Assembly: GCF_030684315.1 (NCBI RefSeq)
Contig: NC_081387.1
Span: 11,882,867 to 11,946,866 of the forward strand
Direction: 5' to 3'
DNA from: Stegostoma tigrinum
Lineage: Eukaryota
DNA length: 64,000 bases
Positions 40,282-53,192 of this stretch are shown piece after piece; position 1 is the first letter of the stretch, and every line of letters starts with the position of its first letter. The translations under genes and the position numbers were made by a program. The notes below the pieces were generated by a model. That model was not told the origin of the DNA and did not search any database. It was given only the letters and a program-made list of their open reading frames with translations.

Positions 40282-43200
40282 GTATTAACACTGAAATGAA
40301 AGAACCCGAATTCAACATTCACCTTTACACAGGGGAGCTCATGGACTGATGCCACTATCATCACACTAGTCCCTGTGCCCCGGGTGATATTCTGTGGAAC
40401 TAGGTCCCAATCCTATCGCGACAGATGGTGAAGTTCGAATTCTGTTTTAAAAAGTCTAGAATTAAGAGTCGACCGATGACCACAGTCATAGCTCTTATCC
40501 GGATCAGACTTACACGTGACTCTAGGATCACAGTATCGTGTTTGACTCGTGAACTCCCCTTTCAGCAGTAAGTGTTGACTCAGCCAGCAACATCCACATC
40601 CTGTAAATGAATTTAATCAGAACAAAGGTAATCATAAAATCACATTCAGAATGCACACTTCACAAGACGGAAATCGACTTTCAGACATGTTTGTCCTTTT
40701 CAGAATGAAATTCAAGTTATATTTAAACTTTAATTTATTATTTCTTTCTCCCTCCCATTTCAACGTCAATTCATTGGAGGTCTCACCTCCAAAGCTGCGG
40801 TTAGTTAATAAAAGGTCTCCTTACAAATATTCATTTTAATTCCTTGTGTTTCCTTTCTATTTTTATTTCGGGTGCACAGCCAAAATGTGAAGAAATTATT
40901 TTCACTCGTGGGTGAACAATCCTTAAGGTAAAATTTGCTTCATCTTAGTTTTTAGTACTAAAGTGGCCTGTTTTTGCTTTGTTGTGCTGAGAGCTTTATT
41001 TCATTTAATTTGCCTCTTTATTCTGTTTTCTCCATTAGTAAAGGCTTAAAAAAAAATTGCTTCGTTATGCTTGGACCTGAGACAGATTTGAGGGAGACGG
41101 AGTTTCTGAATTTCACTTCCTCCGTTTTCATTGTGTACAGCTGTGAGATTCTCGGGAAAGTTTTATTTTGTGTCTATATTTGGTTTAATCATATGTCTTA
41201 GAATATAAGACCATAATACTAGGAGTGGAGGTAATGCCATTCGGCCCATCGCATCCACTCCTCCATTTAATCATGGCTGATGGGCATTTCAACTCCACTT
41301 CCCTGCACTCTCCCTGTAGCCCTTAATTCCTTGTGAGATCAAGAAAATATGTAGAAAATTAGCCAGTCCAGCCTTTTCTAAAGATCGTTGTTAACAGTGC
41401 CCTAAATCCAGCGAACTATCTCGGTTCAGTAACAATCAAAGCCCTTTCCAAATGGAATGTGTCTCAGTTTTGTACCTTCCAACTCTGTTCTCTGAATTAA
41501 CGATGTTTTAAAGGAAGGTAATGTTTCAGATTTTCATTGGCCTTTGCATAAAGAAGTGCTTTTTGGCAATTTCACTGATTTCTGTGACCATAATTTCCAG
41601 ATTACTGTTCTCAGATGCCAATCTGAAGTCTCCTAGTAAAGGATTTATTTTGCCGTATATGAGATCAGATTCTTCAATCGCTTCGATAACACAATTAGAT
41701 GAGTAGTTACTCAAGAGAAAGAGTGCCTAAACTAGAAAACCCGTTCCCATAACATAACCTAACTTTCTAGTATCATTCCACGATAACTGTGGTGTGGCAC
41801 CTCCATGGTCACCATATCCTTGCTGGCTGTGCTGCGCAGAATAGAGGTGAACCCAGAGCTCCATAAGGCGTCGAGTTTATGTTCGAGTTTCTGGGTTAGC
41901 AAGTGAAATAACCACGTCCTGACTCAGAAACAAAATGCCTTGAACTCGACCACTGTGATCAGGTTAATGAAGAACTAGAACTTTATAAATGTTTAATAGT
42001 AATCAATCTCAAGATTTTTTTGTGTGGTCTGTCAACTGAACCATTGCAGTTTGATCAATCAGATCGAGTGCTAATGAAATATTCTAATGAATGATCTAAT
42101 GTGCATTATTTTATTGCATTTTGAACGGGAGGATGTGAGGAACTACAGAGTTGTAAACCTTTGGGGGTCCACCGAATCAACATTTGGAAGAACTCCAATC
42201 AAACATTTTCACCCAATGTAAATGAAGACGTTTCTGACAAACTCTGAATTTAATACTAATACAAAGCTGTATCAGAAATAATTGGAACTGCAGATGCTGG
42301 AGAGTCCGAGATAACAAAGTGTAGAGCTGGATGAACACAGCAGGCCGAGCAGCATCACAGGAGCAGGAAGGCTGACGTTTCGGGCCTAAACCAGTGAAGG
42401 TCTTGATACACTGCACCATTAGTGTCATAGTGGTAAGAACTGTGCCCAGCCAAAGGTTTTTCTCAGGAAAAGGCTATTTACATGCACACTGCACCACGGA
42501 GTCCCAGTTGAAGAACATAAACATGCGGAAGAATTACTTCAATTAGTCCCAGAGTGGGAAATAGTCATCTCATTAAATACTCAGAACTAATCGCAGGGGG
42601 AATGGATGTGTCTCACTCATGTTTTCCATCAGTCTAGGGGGAAAGGGAGAGCGTCCCATTTCTCCCCAAAAGAGGAAAAAATACACTTTCTGGATTATAG
42701 CACAGCCACCGTCAGATGTGGAAAAAAAAGTTCATCTGCGCATTGCAATAATCAGAGAAGACAGGAGAGTACTTGATCCATTCATGTGAGCAAAGTATAA
42801 ACAGTTGAGACTTCATGCAGTAGCGTTCAGAAAAAATGAGAAGTGGCCTCGTTGAAATATGTAAGATTGTTAAAGGTCTCAGCAGGAAAAGTGCTAAAAG
42901 AAATGAAAGCAGCAATTGCTGGAGAAACTCAGCAAGTCTGGCAGCCTCTGTGGAGTTAAGGTTTTGAGTCCTGTGGTCCTTTTCTATTCAGATTCGAATC
43001 ATTCGTAATTCTTTGCTTTATTTAAATGCTGAGAGGGCATTTCTCCTGGTGGGAGGCTGCAGAACCGCAGGACGCAGTCTCACAATAAAGAAGGGCGAGC
43101 TTAAGATTAGGACAAGATATCTCTTCTGTCAAGGGTGGCGAGTCTTTGCAGTTCCTTGCCTCAGAGAGCTGTAGGGCGTGGCGGGGTGGAGGGGGGAGTG

Positions 43201-43778
43201 GGGTGCAAAGCCATTGTGTATTCTTAAGGCTGAGACCGATAGGTTCTTGGTCAGTTGGGGAATCATGGGTTATGTGGAGAAGGCACGAAAGTGGGTGTGA
43301 GGAGAACCAGACCTGCAGTAATCGTATGGAATGGTGGAGCACTAAAGTTTGTGGATATATTCTGTCAGTTAGAACTAGGCAGTAACTGAATATGCAAGGA
43401 TAGGTCGTGATCGTGACTGTATTTCTTTTAAACACAGCAACCATAGATAGAAAGAAAAAAGGCCTGGGAAATGACGTCTATTAGGAAATAGTCATTGCAG
43501 CGTGTTGGATTGAGACACTTGTAACAATTAAACAAAACTGGGGCAAATAAGTCAAAGTGTTATTCATGAGGGTCCGGAAACATATAACTTATAGAACATA
43601 GAACATAGAACATAGAACAGTACAGCACAGAACAGGCCCTTCAGCCCACAATGTTGTGCCGACCATTAATCCTCACATATCTCAGAGAAATGGACAAGGA
43701 TTGCATTACATGATATCATTCAAAATTAACAAGTATTTATGCATTAACTGTTATGAGAAAGACGGTTCTGTAAATAAT

Positions 43779-43925
43779 TGACGTCAAAGGGAATCTATCA
43801 GGGTCTAATGGGCGGGCGGTGACATCGGTGAGTGTCCATCACCCTCAAGGGCCAATCACCAATTGATCACACATCCTTTGATCAAATTAAGCTTTCGCTT
43901 CTCGTCAAATAGTCCAATCAGAATA
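43779..43925 (+). promoter_or_regulatory. Promoter-like motif cluster (CRE, GC box, three CCAAT)
   Basis: TGACGTCA at 43779, GGGCGGGCGG at 43810, CCAAT at 43852, 43859 and 43914. Confidence 0.4.
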
Positions 43926-45049
43926 AAATCATTAACGTGCAGTCGATTTTGACCTCAAAGTAGTTACTAAACAGCAATTTTCAGTGTTTAAAACACAATC
44001 TGCGAACTTGAAACTAAAGTTTGCACAACCAGCAGCCTAATGAGAGATGGAAGACATCAGAAGTGTCGTGGAGAGACATGAGACCCAATGTTGCCTTATA
44101 TAGTCTAAACTGAACGGAAAGTCAATGACTGCAGTACACCCATACAGACTTTTCTCTGTTTTGGTAAATACTACTTTAAAAATTAACCTTTCTGAATCTC
44201 ATGTTACTTGAATAGTTAAAATTTCAAACGTATAAATAGGTATTGGGTTTTAGTTTTCAGTTAAAACCAGAAGTTACCTCTCCTTGCACATTTTCCCTTG
44301 TAAGAGGTACGTTTTTTGCATGTTCGTTACACAGTCACTCTTTTATTTGTCATCCTGATTCAACCGAAATTGAGCATTTCGTGAAATTCAAATATTAAAG
44401 CAATCCAAGGATTTACATGCTAGCTGAAAGAAATTGTTCTCATGAGAAACCTATAAGATAAAAGTATGAGGAAATGCAATTGAAATGAACCAGTCATATC
44501 TTCGAGTTTGGCCTGCCATGAAATCGAGAAGTGCTGAAAATTTATCACACTTCACTTCCCCACAAGTCCTCCATATCCTTTGATTCTCTGAGAAATTAAT
44601 AAAATCTAACGATGCCTTCAACTGTTATGGACGATGAAGAATTCATAAATATCTGGGATAGGAAAGTTTTCAATATTCTGAAGTCTCTGAACAAAGAAAT
44701 TTTCCACCTCTCAATCCTAAGTGACCCTGCATATTCTGAGAGTATACACACATGTTATGCCAGACAGGAGAAATTACCACTCACTGTTTATCTTAACAAG
44801 CCCTTTCAGTGTCTTCCTTATTATTGGGATCACCTCTTATGCCTTGAAAGTCTAGAATTTTCAGAAGTTGGTAAATCTGTTATAATAGCAAACATTCTGC
44901 ACAAAAACTTCAGTGCCATAAACCTTCACTTTCGAAAGGTAAACAGAAATTGCTGGGCCCAGTGGCCCTTCTTCAGAACTGATTGTAGCATGGAAGTGGT
45001 TGGGATATGTACTGAACATGGAATGGGAGGAAGAGGGAAGAGCAAAGGA

Positions 45050-45930
45050 TAAATTGAGATGGAGTCCAGAGAAAGAGAGCAACATTTGGGCAAACAAATG
45101 GGTGGTGGTCATCACGAGGGAATCAATGGCTGCTAATGGGGACCAATAGGAGCTGACAATGGCTTGACTGCGGTGGCCGTCCATGTGGTGTGTGAGGGTT
45201 GGGGTGACGATATGGGAGAAGGTGTTCTGGTCCTAAAGTTGATTAACCCGGCATCGAGTCTGGAAGGTCACAGGGTCCCAAGCGGAAGATGAGGTACTGT
45301 TCTTCCAGTTTGTGCAGAGCTATGCTGGAGTATTTCAGCATGCTGGAGACAGAGATGCTGACCAGGAAGTTTGGTAGATGCTTTGAAGTAGTCAACATGA
45401 ATCTCAGATAACAAAGTGTGGGGCTGCATGAACACAGCAGGCCAAGCAGCATCTCAGGAGCACAAAAGCTGACGTTTCGGACATCAGCTTTTGTGCTCCT
45501 GAGATGCTGCTTGGCCTGCTGTGTTCATCCAGCCACACACTTTGTTATCTTGGATTCTCCAGCATCTGCAGTTCCCATTATCTCTAACATGAAGCTCAGG
45601 GTCATTTTTGTGGGCGGAAATTAGGTGCTCTGCAAAGTGATAGCCAAGTCTGAGTCTTGTCCGGCCAATGTAGAGACCATGTTGTGAACAGTGAATACAG
45701 TAAGACTCGAATGAGTGATGTGCACCTAAATCCCTGCTTCATCAGGAAGGCATATCTGCTGCCTTGGATATTGAGAAAGGAAAAATTGAATGGGTAGGTG
45801 TTGCACATTCTGCGATTGTACTGGAACGTGCCATGGAGGTGTGGGACGAGGATATCCTGGAGGGAATGCCCCTGCCACAGTCTGACAAGGGAGGGGTGGG
45901 GAATATGTGGTGGCTTCGGGTGGAGGTGGC
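45050..45930 (-). mobile_element. Decayed Penelope-like element with a younger fold-back insert (45408-45585, 14-bp TSD)
   Basis: KLEEQYLIFRLG GIY-YIG C-terminus; TSD aacatgaa(t/g)ctcag at 45394-45407 and 45586-45599. Confidence 0.85.
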
Positions 45931-46038
45931 AGAAATAGCAGCTTACGATCCTTAATGTTAGGGTTCTGTATCTTGAAATGGTCAATGCTGTATTTTGTTG
46001 CTATATTCAAAAAAAAAATCACAAACCCAATTCGTGTA

Positions 46039-47100
46039 TTTTTACTGGCCTGACTCATAACTCAGTTCAGGAAAAATAATTTATGTCTCACTGACTCCTG
46101 CTGAGCTCACTGGAAAGAAGAATATGTCATTGAAGGAATCCCAACAGACCGGAAACAGGCCCTTTGCCCAACCAGTCCACACCGACCCTCACATCCAGGC
46201 CCATCCCCCTAATCTACTCATCCCTGGACACTATACCGTGAACAGTCCACCTAACCTTCAGGCCTCTGGGCTGTGGGAGGAAACCGGAGCACCCTGGAGA
46301 TACCCAACCAGACACGGTGAGAATGTGTAAACTCTACACAGACGGTCGCCCAAGGGTGGGATCAAAATGGGGTCCCTGGCGCTATGGGGCAGCAGTGCTA
46401 ACCGACGAGCACTTTATTTCTCCCTGTGCCGCCACTTTATTTCTCTCTGTGGAGATCACGCTGGAGAGGGAGGTCGTCTATCTCCTTAAACTCCAAGAGA
46501 CAGCAACCTTTTGCGAGTTGCTGCACCATACCGACTGCAGTGACTGAAAGACTCGTGTCATCTTCTAAGAAGACCATGGGGGTCCACAACCGGAGTCCAC
46601 TTCGAAAGAATGAATAAGATGCATGCAGCCACTGGGGGAGCCAACGAGCGAATTCCATCCGATGGTGGTTATGCGGGGCGTTTAAGGCAACAGAAAAAGA
46701 CAACCATTGTAGGGAAAGATAAATTTGCAATAGGCATATTTGGTGGAGAAGGATTTTTCACAAGGCCTGAATGCTCAATATTATAGTGTCTCCTCGTAGA
46801 AGAAATATTCACCAAAATAAAATGCAAAAGGATGATTATTACCTCGCTTATAATCATACTCGTAGCAAATCAATTTCACTATTTTACTGGCCTGACTCAT
46901 AACTCAGTTCAGAAAAAATGATTTATGTCTCACTGACTCCTGCTGAGCTCACTGGAAAGAAGAATATGTCACTGAAGGAATCCCAACAGAGCGGAAATAG
47001 GCCTTTTGGCCCAACCAGTCCACACCGACCCTCACACCCAGGCCCATCCCCCTCATCTACTCATCCCTGGACACTATACCGTGACCAGTCCACCTAACCT
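46039..47100 (+). repeat. ~220-bp direct repeat (46039-46257 / 46881-47100)
   Basis: ttttactggcctgactcataactcagttcag...ccacctaacct occurs twice. Confidence 0.92.
46140..46405 (-). mobile_element. HE1-type SINE
   Basis: ctgtgggaggaaaccggagcacc...gcagcagtgctaacc is the reverse complement of the HE1 core and head. Confidence 0.8.
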
Positions 47101-49181
47101 ACTCTACACTAGTCTACACAATTGAGACGTCCGTGCCCAGTTGACAATGCCTGATTCTTTCAAAAACACACGTAGCGCTGTTACAGTTCTGAATTGGAGC
47201 TAACTGTCAGAAGCAAGTAAGCATTTTATGCTTTCAATGATTTCAATATTATAATACTGATGAGCAAGATTTTCACCAAATCACCGCAGAAACTCAAAGC
47301 AAATATGAGAAGCCTGAATAATGGAGTGCGATCTAATCTCAAGGAATGTAGAAGCAGGGAAGCAAAAATGTAAATTCGGAAAGGTAAATGGGAAAATAGA
47401 AAATAGATCAGTACATCATGTTTCATTTTGCCCGAGGCTGCTTCGTAGGATTGCCGTGGGGACCACAGTTTGATTTTCGGACCTTACGTTTTGGTTTTCA
47501 GCAGTATCCTTTCCATTTTCACCAATTACAGTGATGCAGTCAAATAGGTAAATTGTCTTGCACATTTGTATTGACGTATGAGGTGATTTGCTCCGTCGGA
47601 ACATGAATCGCAGGAATTCGGCAATATTTTCGATAATCAAGACCACTCTGTTAGAACTAATGCAACACATGGCACAAGGGAAAATAAATGAATTTTGCAA
47701 TGTTATTCTATTGAAAGACGAAACATTCGGCGTACTTTAGGTATCAAAATTAAAACAAAAAGACTCGCGCGCAGTTATACAAAGAACAATCAGGAGAGAC
47801 ATTTAGATTTGCTCTTTGATGAGTCACATGTAATCAGTTGTATATTTGTTGCTAAAACAGTCACTGCATCTCAAATAAATCACAACGTGACTGTCGTTCT
47901 GAGAAAAGATAACACAGAAGCTAGACTTTCATGAAATACAGTGATAACACGGTGTAGAGCTGAATGAACACGGCAGGCCAAGCAGCATCAGAGGAGCAGG
48001 AAAGCTGACGTTTCGGGTCGAGACCCTTCTTCAAAGCGATGCCTCTTTTACGAAATACAGTTCAGTCTTGAGCTGCTGAAGTGACACAATATCAGGTTCC
48101 AATAGAATTCATTATTCCTTTCTCAGGAGGCTTAGGAGTGACTCCCCTCCCCCTTGCAGCTGCTCAATGTGGATCAAGTAAAAACTGTGTTTGAGTTATG
48201 TTTTGTGCTTAAGCATGCTTTCAAGTATGTATTTCGGTCATATTTGACTTTAGAGGTTCAAAAGAACGTACAAGGCCTTGTTAGGTCCATGTGCATCTGT
48301 TATTGTGGCGCTGTTCTTCAACCGTGTACTTTCTTTCGCTGCCGCATAATGCAGCCAGATATATCTGACCGTCTGGAGATACGTGCTGGATGGTTGTTCA
48401 TAACAGAAGTGCTTAACATAGCTTCGACAACTCCAGGGTCGCGATTCCGAAGATGCTGTGTAATTTCAATCCATTATAAAATTTCATTTGGTTGAGCAAA
48501 TATGACTGTTCACAAAACCGAAACATCGAATTACCCTACTTCTTAAAAAAGGGTCAAACAGATCACTGGAATTTGCTCTTTGCCGTTCAAAACAAGCCCA
48601 GTTGGCAACAGAAGTTAGTTCTTGGCGGATATTGTCCCGTGAGCTGAATCGCGTTGCTCTTTTCAACAAAAGGGAAGAGTCACACGCACTGGAGAAAAAC
48701 ACTGGTGTCCAGAAAATAATCATACATCGGGGGTTTATTAGGTGGCGGACTTCAGGTGGAAGAGAAACACTTTGGAGAAATATGAAACGTTCGCTCCTCC
48801 TTTGAAATCCTCAACCGGGGGAGGGGGGGCACTCAAATATGAGCGGCTGTTCTGGCGCTGAGAAACGTTTGAAGTCGGGTGAAAGCGGAGGATGGGTGTG
48901 CGCTTGGACGGGGACTGTGGTTGGGGGCTGACGTATGGCTCAGCGGCTGTTCGAGAAGCTTACGCCTGGACGAATTCAGGCTCCAGATCCAGGGCCCGCC
49001 CCGTCATTGCGGCTCCTCTTGGCTGGAAAACCAGCGCAGCAAGCCCCTGCTCAAAAGAGTCAATAACAGATTAACCAGACCTTCAAATACCACGCAGAAA
49101 ATCCTCTATTCACTGCGTCACGGCGTGATAGCACACCGGTTTGGAATAAAAGCGGCTCACAGTAAATAGTGGTACTCTTAC

Positions 49182-49287
49182 CTTTTCCGATGCAAGTAGA
49201 CTGCGCCGAACACACCGCCGACACCCAGTGAAGTCAGCAATACCACACGAACACACCACAATATCTGCACGTCGCTCATGTTGTCTC
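49182..49287 (-). CDS. NCR3: NCR3-like gene C, stalk plus TM exon with intramembrane Arg
   Basis: Acceptor ctctaactccatag, donor AG|GTAAGA. Translates (R)DNMSDVQILWCVRVVLLTSLGVGGVFGAVYLHRK, with Arg placed as in NKp30 VLLLRAG. The cytoplasmic exon was not resolved. Confidence 0.88.
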
Positions 49288-50551
49288 CTATGGAGTTAGA
49301 GAATCACTTTATAATCTGTAAACCGCTACCTGACTCGAGGCCAAGAAACTAAAAGCACCTTCAGGGGGAGATGTAGCCTCCACCGCTGAGGTGGCAACAG
49401 ACAGGGCAGATCCTTTAGTCATTTCCGTCCTCCCTCAATCAATCACCGGTAAGGCACCAGAATCTACCTTCTGATCGCCAAGATTTGATTCATGATGCCG
49501 GTTGCCCCTTTGCTCAATGCTTCCTCTCCTATCTCATCCAGCTCGCCTGGAAAATGGCTCTCCTTGAAAGTTTGAAGATAGTGCAGTGTTTTTGTTTTGG
49601 TCGTTGGTGACGTTTTCTCGGTAATGTCTGCGCTGTGGTTTAATAGCCATCCCCCTAGTTATCCCGGATACGGCGATTCTGAGCCGTCTTCTTGAAGATG
49701 TGGGCTCAATGGGCTGAGTGGCCTGCTTCTGCAGCGTGGGGATTCTACGGTTCTAAGGAAGCAAGAGCCGGGGTCTTTGCGCTGCAGGCCCACTAACAGT
49801 GCTGTTAGGAAGGAAATGCCGGGGTTTTCACCCAGATGCAGCAAGAGCGCTTTAGCTCCAAGTCAGGGTGGTATGTTGGTAGGGTGGTGGGTGGGGTGGG
49901 GGCGGGCGGGATCTTGCAGATGCCCCTGGATCTGGGACCCTTTGAAAGCAGCGTCACCTCACTTGGCTGGTCGCGTGGTTTGCAATGCAGCGACCCATGT
50001 GTGAGCTCAATCCACCCTCAGGCTGATGTTACCATGAAGGTCTCTCCCCTCTCATGAGATGCTGTGACCTCTATGTTTAACCCGTAATCAATCATGTCTC
50101 TTTAATGAGCGATCAGCCCTATTGACTTCGTCATTCTCGAGGTCGCGGGTGTGGACGGAGGATTTGTGATTTGCTGCAGTGTCCCTTGTAGGTGGTAGGC
50201 ACGGCTGTCACTCCGAGATCTCAGATATTGCAGCTCCGCTGGATTTTCAAAAATCGCATCAGGGCTTCTGCGAAGAATCACTGGTAGCTGGGCTGAAGGA
50301 GCTTCACTTGCCGATCACCTCCCTGGCATCCCGATGGTTGTCATTTCGAATGTAATCCGAGTATCGGGCGTGACGCTTAATGAGTGGTAGAAGCAACAAT
50401 CTTTTTTGAAATCCCGCCAGGGCCTATATTTTAATATGTCCAGCAATGATAAAAAGTAAATTGGAAGACCAGACGGTAACATCGGGGTTAAAAAAAAAAC
50501 TTTTAGCCATTTAAACTATCCATGAAACAACCCAGGGCAATTTGCTAAGGT

Positions 50552-50768
50552 AATAAAATGTGAGGCTGGATGAACACAGCAGGCCAAGCAGCATCTCAGG
50601 AGCACAAAAGCTGACGTTTCGGGCCTAGACCCCTCTCTGATGAAGGGTCTAGGCCCGAAACGTCAGCTTTTGTGCTCCTGAGATGCTGCTTGGCCTGCTG
50701 TGTTCATCCAGCCTCACATTTTATTATCTTGGAATCTCCAGCATCTGCAGTTCCCATTATCTCTGATA
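50552..50768. mobile_element. Penelope-terminus fold-back insert: 82-bp perfect stem, 14-bp TSD
   Basis: Arms 50551-50632 and 50645-50726, 12-nt loop; TSD caatttgctaaggt at 50538-50551 and 50769-50782. Confidence 0.95.
50635..50666 (+). ncRNA. Minimal hammerhead-ribozyme motif in a PLE terminus
   Basis: CT-CTGATGA-A-GGGTCTAGGCCC-GAAA-C-GTC-AG. Confidence 0.7.
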
Positions 50769-50886
50769 CAATTTGCTAAGGTTTGGGCTCAAAGGGCGTA
50801 CATAATCACTACTAACGGGCGAGGAGCGGTTGGCTAATACCGCAGGAGCAGCTTCTTATGACATTAATACCGATAAATAAACTTAC

Positions 50887-51225
50887 TCATCACAATCAGT
50901 GTGGTCCCTGTTCCATAAGCTTCTCCCATCCCCATGATCACTACTTTGCAGATATAGAACCCGGCGTCCTCTGGTTTCAGATCGATGATTCTAATCGAGG
51001 CGTCTCTCCTCTCCGTGAAGTCCGCTTGACTCGCCGCAAACACCCGGCCTCGGAACTCCGCTGTGCTGTTGGAGACTTCATTCCCCCGCTTGTTTCCCCG
51101 GTGCCACGTGTAGCTGCCGATGCCGCTGGGTCCCTGATACGTACAGTTCAGGGGCGCTGTCTCCCTGGACGCTTTCTTGAGTGTTCCCGGGCTCTGAACT
51201 ACTACGATATTTCCAACAGAAACTT
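50887..51225 (-). CDS. NCR3: NCR3/NKp30-like gene C, intact VJ-type Ig exon (absent from the ORF track)
   Basis: Acceptor cgcttacag, donor A|GTAAGT, 339 nt open: VSVGNIVVVQSPGTLKKASRETAPLNCTYQGPSGIGSYTWHRGNKRGNEVSNSTAEFRGRVFAASQADFTERRDASIRIIDLKPEDAGFYICKVVIMGMGEAYGTGTTLIVM. Matches NKp30 hallmarks IGSVTW, GKEVRNGTPEFRGR, YVCRVEVLGLGVGTGNGTRLVV. Confidence 0.95.
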
Positions 51226-51949
51226 CTGTAAGCGGATGAAGTAAATAAGGTGCAGAGTGAGACGCATGCTTCGTGAAAATTATTGCCTACTGCAACAAGC
51301 AGGAGCGCTCATGTCTTACCGAATAATCATTTTAAAATTAACCATGTCATTCTGAAAGAATGGGATGCATGCATTGCTAATCTTCCAAATCCAAGGTCTG
51401 TTCTCAACAGCAATTTAATCGGCCGCTGTATACTTGAAAGTACTATCGACAGCATACAGCTGCTTTGGTCAGTTGATGTTCAAGCATAATACTCGAAAAA
51501 ACGTTAACAAGTCGACTGTGGCAAGCCCATGCGATTCAGGCTATAAACAGCCAAACGTCTATTGCATCAGTACCCATCCGAAGTTTTAATTGCAATTGAA
51601 GTAGTCCCACCATCAATATTAATTGCATGCGCTCTCCCTTATTTCTATCATTTGGAAACTCATCGTCTTCGTTGTTTGGTACAGTAGCTTCTTGCTTTCA
51701 AATTGCCTATTGATCGATCTTACTGCACTCCATGGTTTGTCCCCCTCTCAACAAACAGAGAGAATTTCAACTCTGCCATTTATAAAAATGTTTGCCATGC
51801 CCCTTTCCCCAAGCAGCCCTCCACCCCCCCAAAAAAACACAAACAGACCCTGTTTACACCGAAGTTCAGACATGAAACAAAAAGCCAAAGTATGGCGGAT
51901 GTTGGAAATCAGGAACTGCTGGAAAATCTCAGCGGGTCTGGTAGCACCT

Positions 51950-52272
51950 CATAGAGTCATCACAGGCCCCTACAGTGTGGAAGCAGGCTGTTCTGCCCAT
52001 CGAGTCCACAAAGATCCTACGAAGAGCATCCCACCCAGACCGATCCCACTACCCTACATTTCTCATGGCTAATCCAACTAACCTGGACCGCATGGGCAAT
52101 TTAGCATTTCCAATCCATCTACCCGCCACATCTTCGGACTAGGAGGAAACCTGAGCACCCGCAGAAATCCATGCAGACACGAGGCAAATGTGCAGACTCG
52201 AGCCAGACAATCATCCGAGGGCGGAATCAAACCTCGGTGCTCGAGCTGCGAGACAGCAGCGCGACCACCGAT
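51950..52272 (-). mobile_element. HE1-type SINE inside a palindromic PLE-derived element
   Basis: gggcaatttagcat...ggaggaaacctgagcaccc; the host element resumes at acatctgtggagagaaag. Confidence 0.8.
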
Positions 52273-53192
52273 CCAAAATGCCAGACATCTGTGGAGAGAA
52301 AGCAGAGTGAACGTGTCAAGTATAATGACACATGTTCTGAAGAAGAGTCACTGGACCCGAAGCATTAAATCTGCTTTCTATCCACAGATGCTGCCAGACT
52401 TGTTGAATGTTGCCAGGAATTTCTGACTTTAAGTCAAACGTGGATATTTTACTTACTTGTTCACCGGGAGACCTAGTCGTTGCTCGACTTCGGTATTTTC
52501 CAGGCCAAATATATTGGCAAAAGTTATCCCTTGCTGTGGAAATTGGCCTGATCCGTATGTTTTGAAGCTTAGCACAGTGTGTTAACAACATCATGGCTCC
52601 ACTATCTAATAATCCGTTTCTTTTTCCTTCACTGTTCTGGTAAATACTTTGCCTGTCGGCTATTAACTTATCAATAACTAAGAATTAAGGAGAATGTAGG
52701 AAGTGTAGTTTAGAATAGTTGCTATCTGTGTTACTCCATTGGGTGTTTTTCCTTTACGGTCAGTTGCAAAGAATAGAACGCTAGTTTGATAGTTCCAGGT
52801 TGGTTGTTCAATGATTATTGAACGCGTGTATATATTTCCCATTATCCATTATCAAGTTCCGTACCGAATGAATCATTTCAAAATCTGGCAAACGGGTCAC
52901 TCAGAAGAATTATTATTTTAACAGATACCGCCCTATTGATGCATCCGGATTCCACCACAAACATCAAGGGTGTTTGAGTTTGACAACAGAGCACCACAAG
53001 AGTAACACTCTGCCTTCCTGATTCAAGTCTGATAAGACTTCCTCGGAACTGAAGAAGTCACTTCAGTCCTGAAACATTGACTCAATTTCTCCTTCCACAG
53101 ATGCTGTCAGCCCTGCTGAGCTTCGGAAGCACTTTATCATTTTTTTCCCGCCAGACGCAGTTTATGGCACAGAAGTCGAATAATAAATTTAC

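Noticed and set aside
47416-48400. Cytoplasmic exon of gene C
   Set aside because: At least two phase-compatible candidates (near 48160 giving SCKGEGSHS*, near 48372 giving RRSDISGCIMRQRKKVHG*) cannot be told apart without transcripts.
49882-49910. G-quadruplex-prone run (also ~43180-43205 and poly-C ~14313-14333)
   Set aside because: Low-complexity G/C runs are common in this kind of genome and there is no evidence of function.
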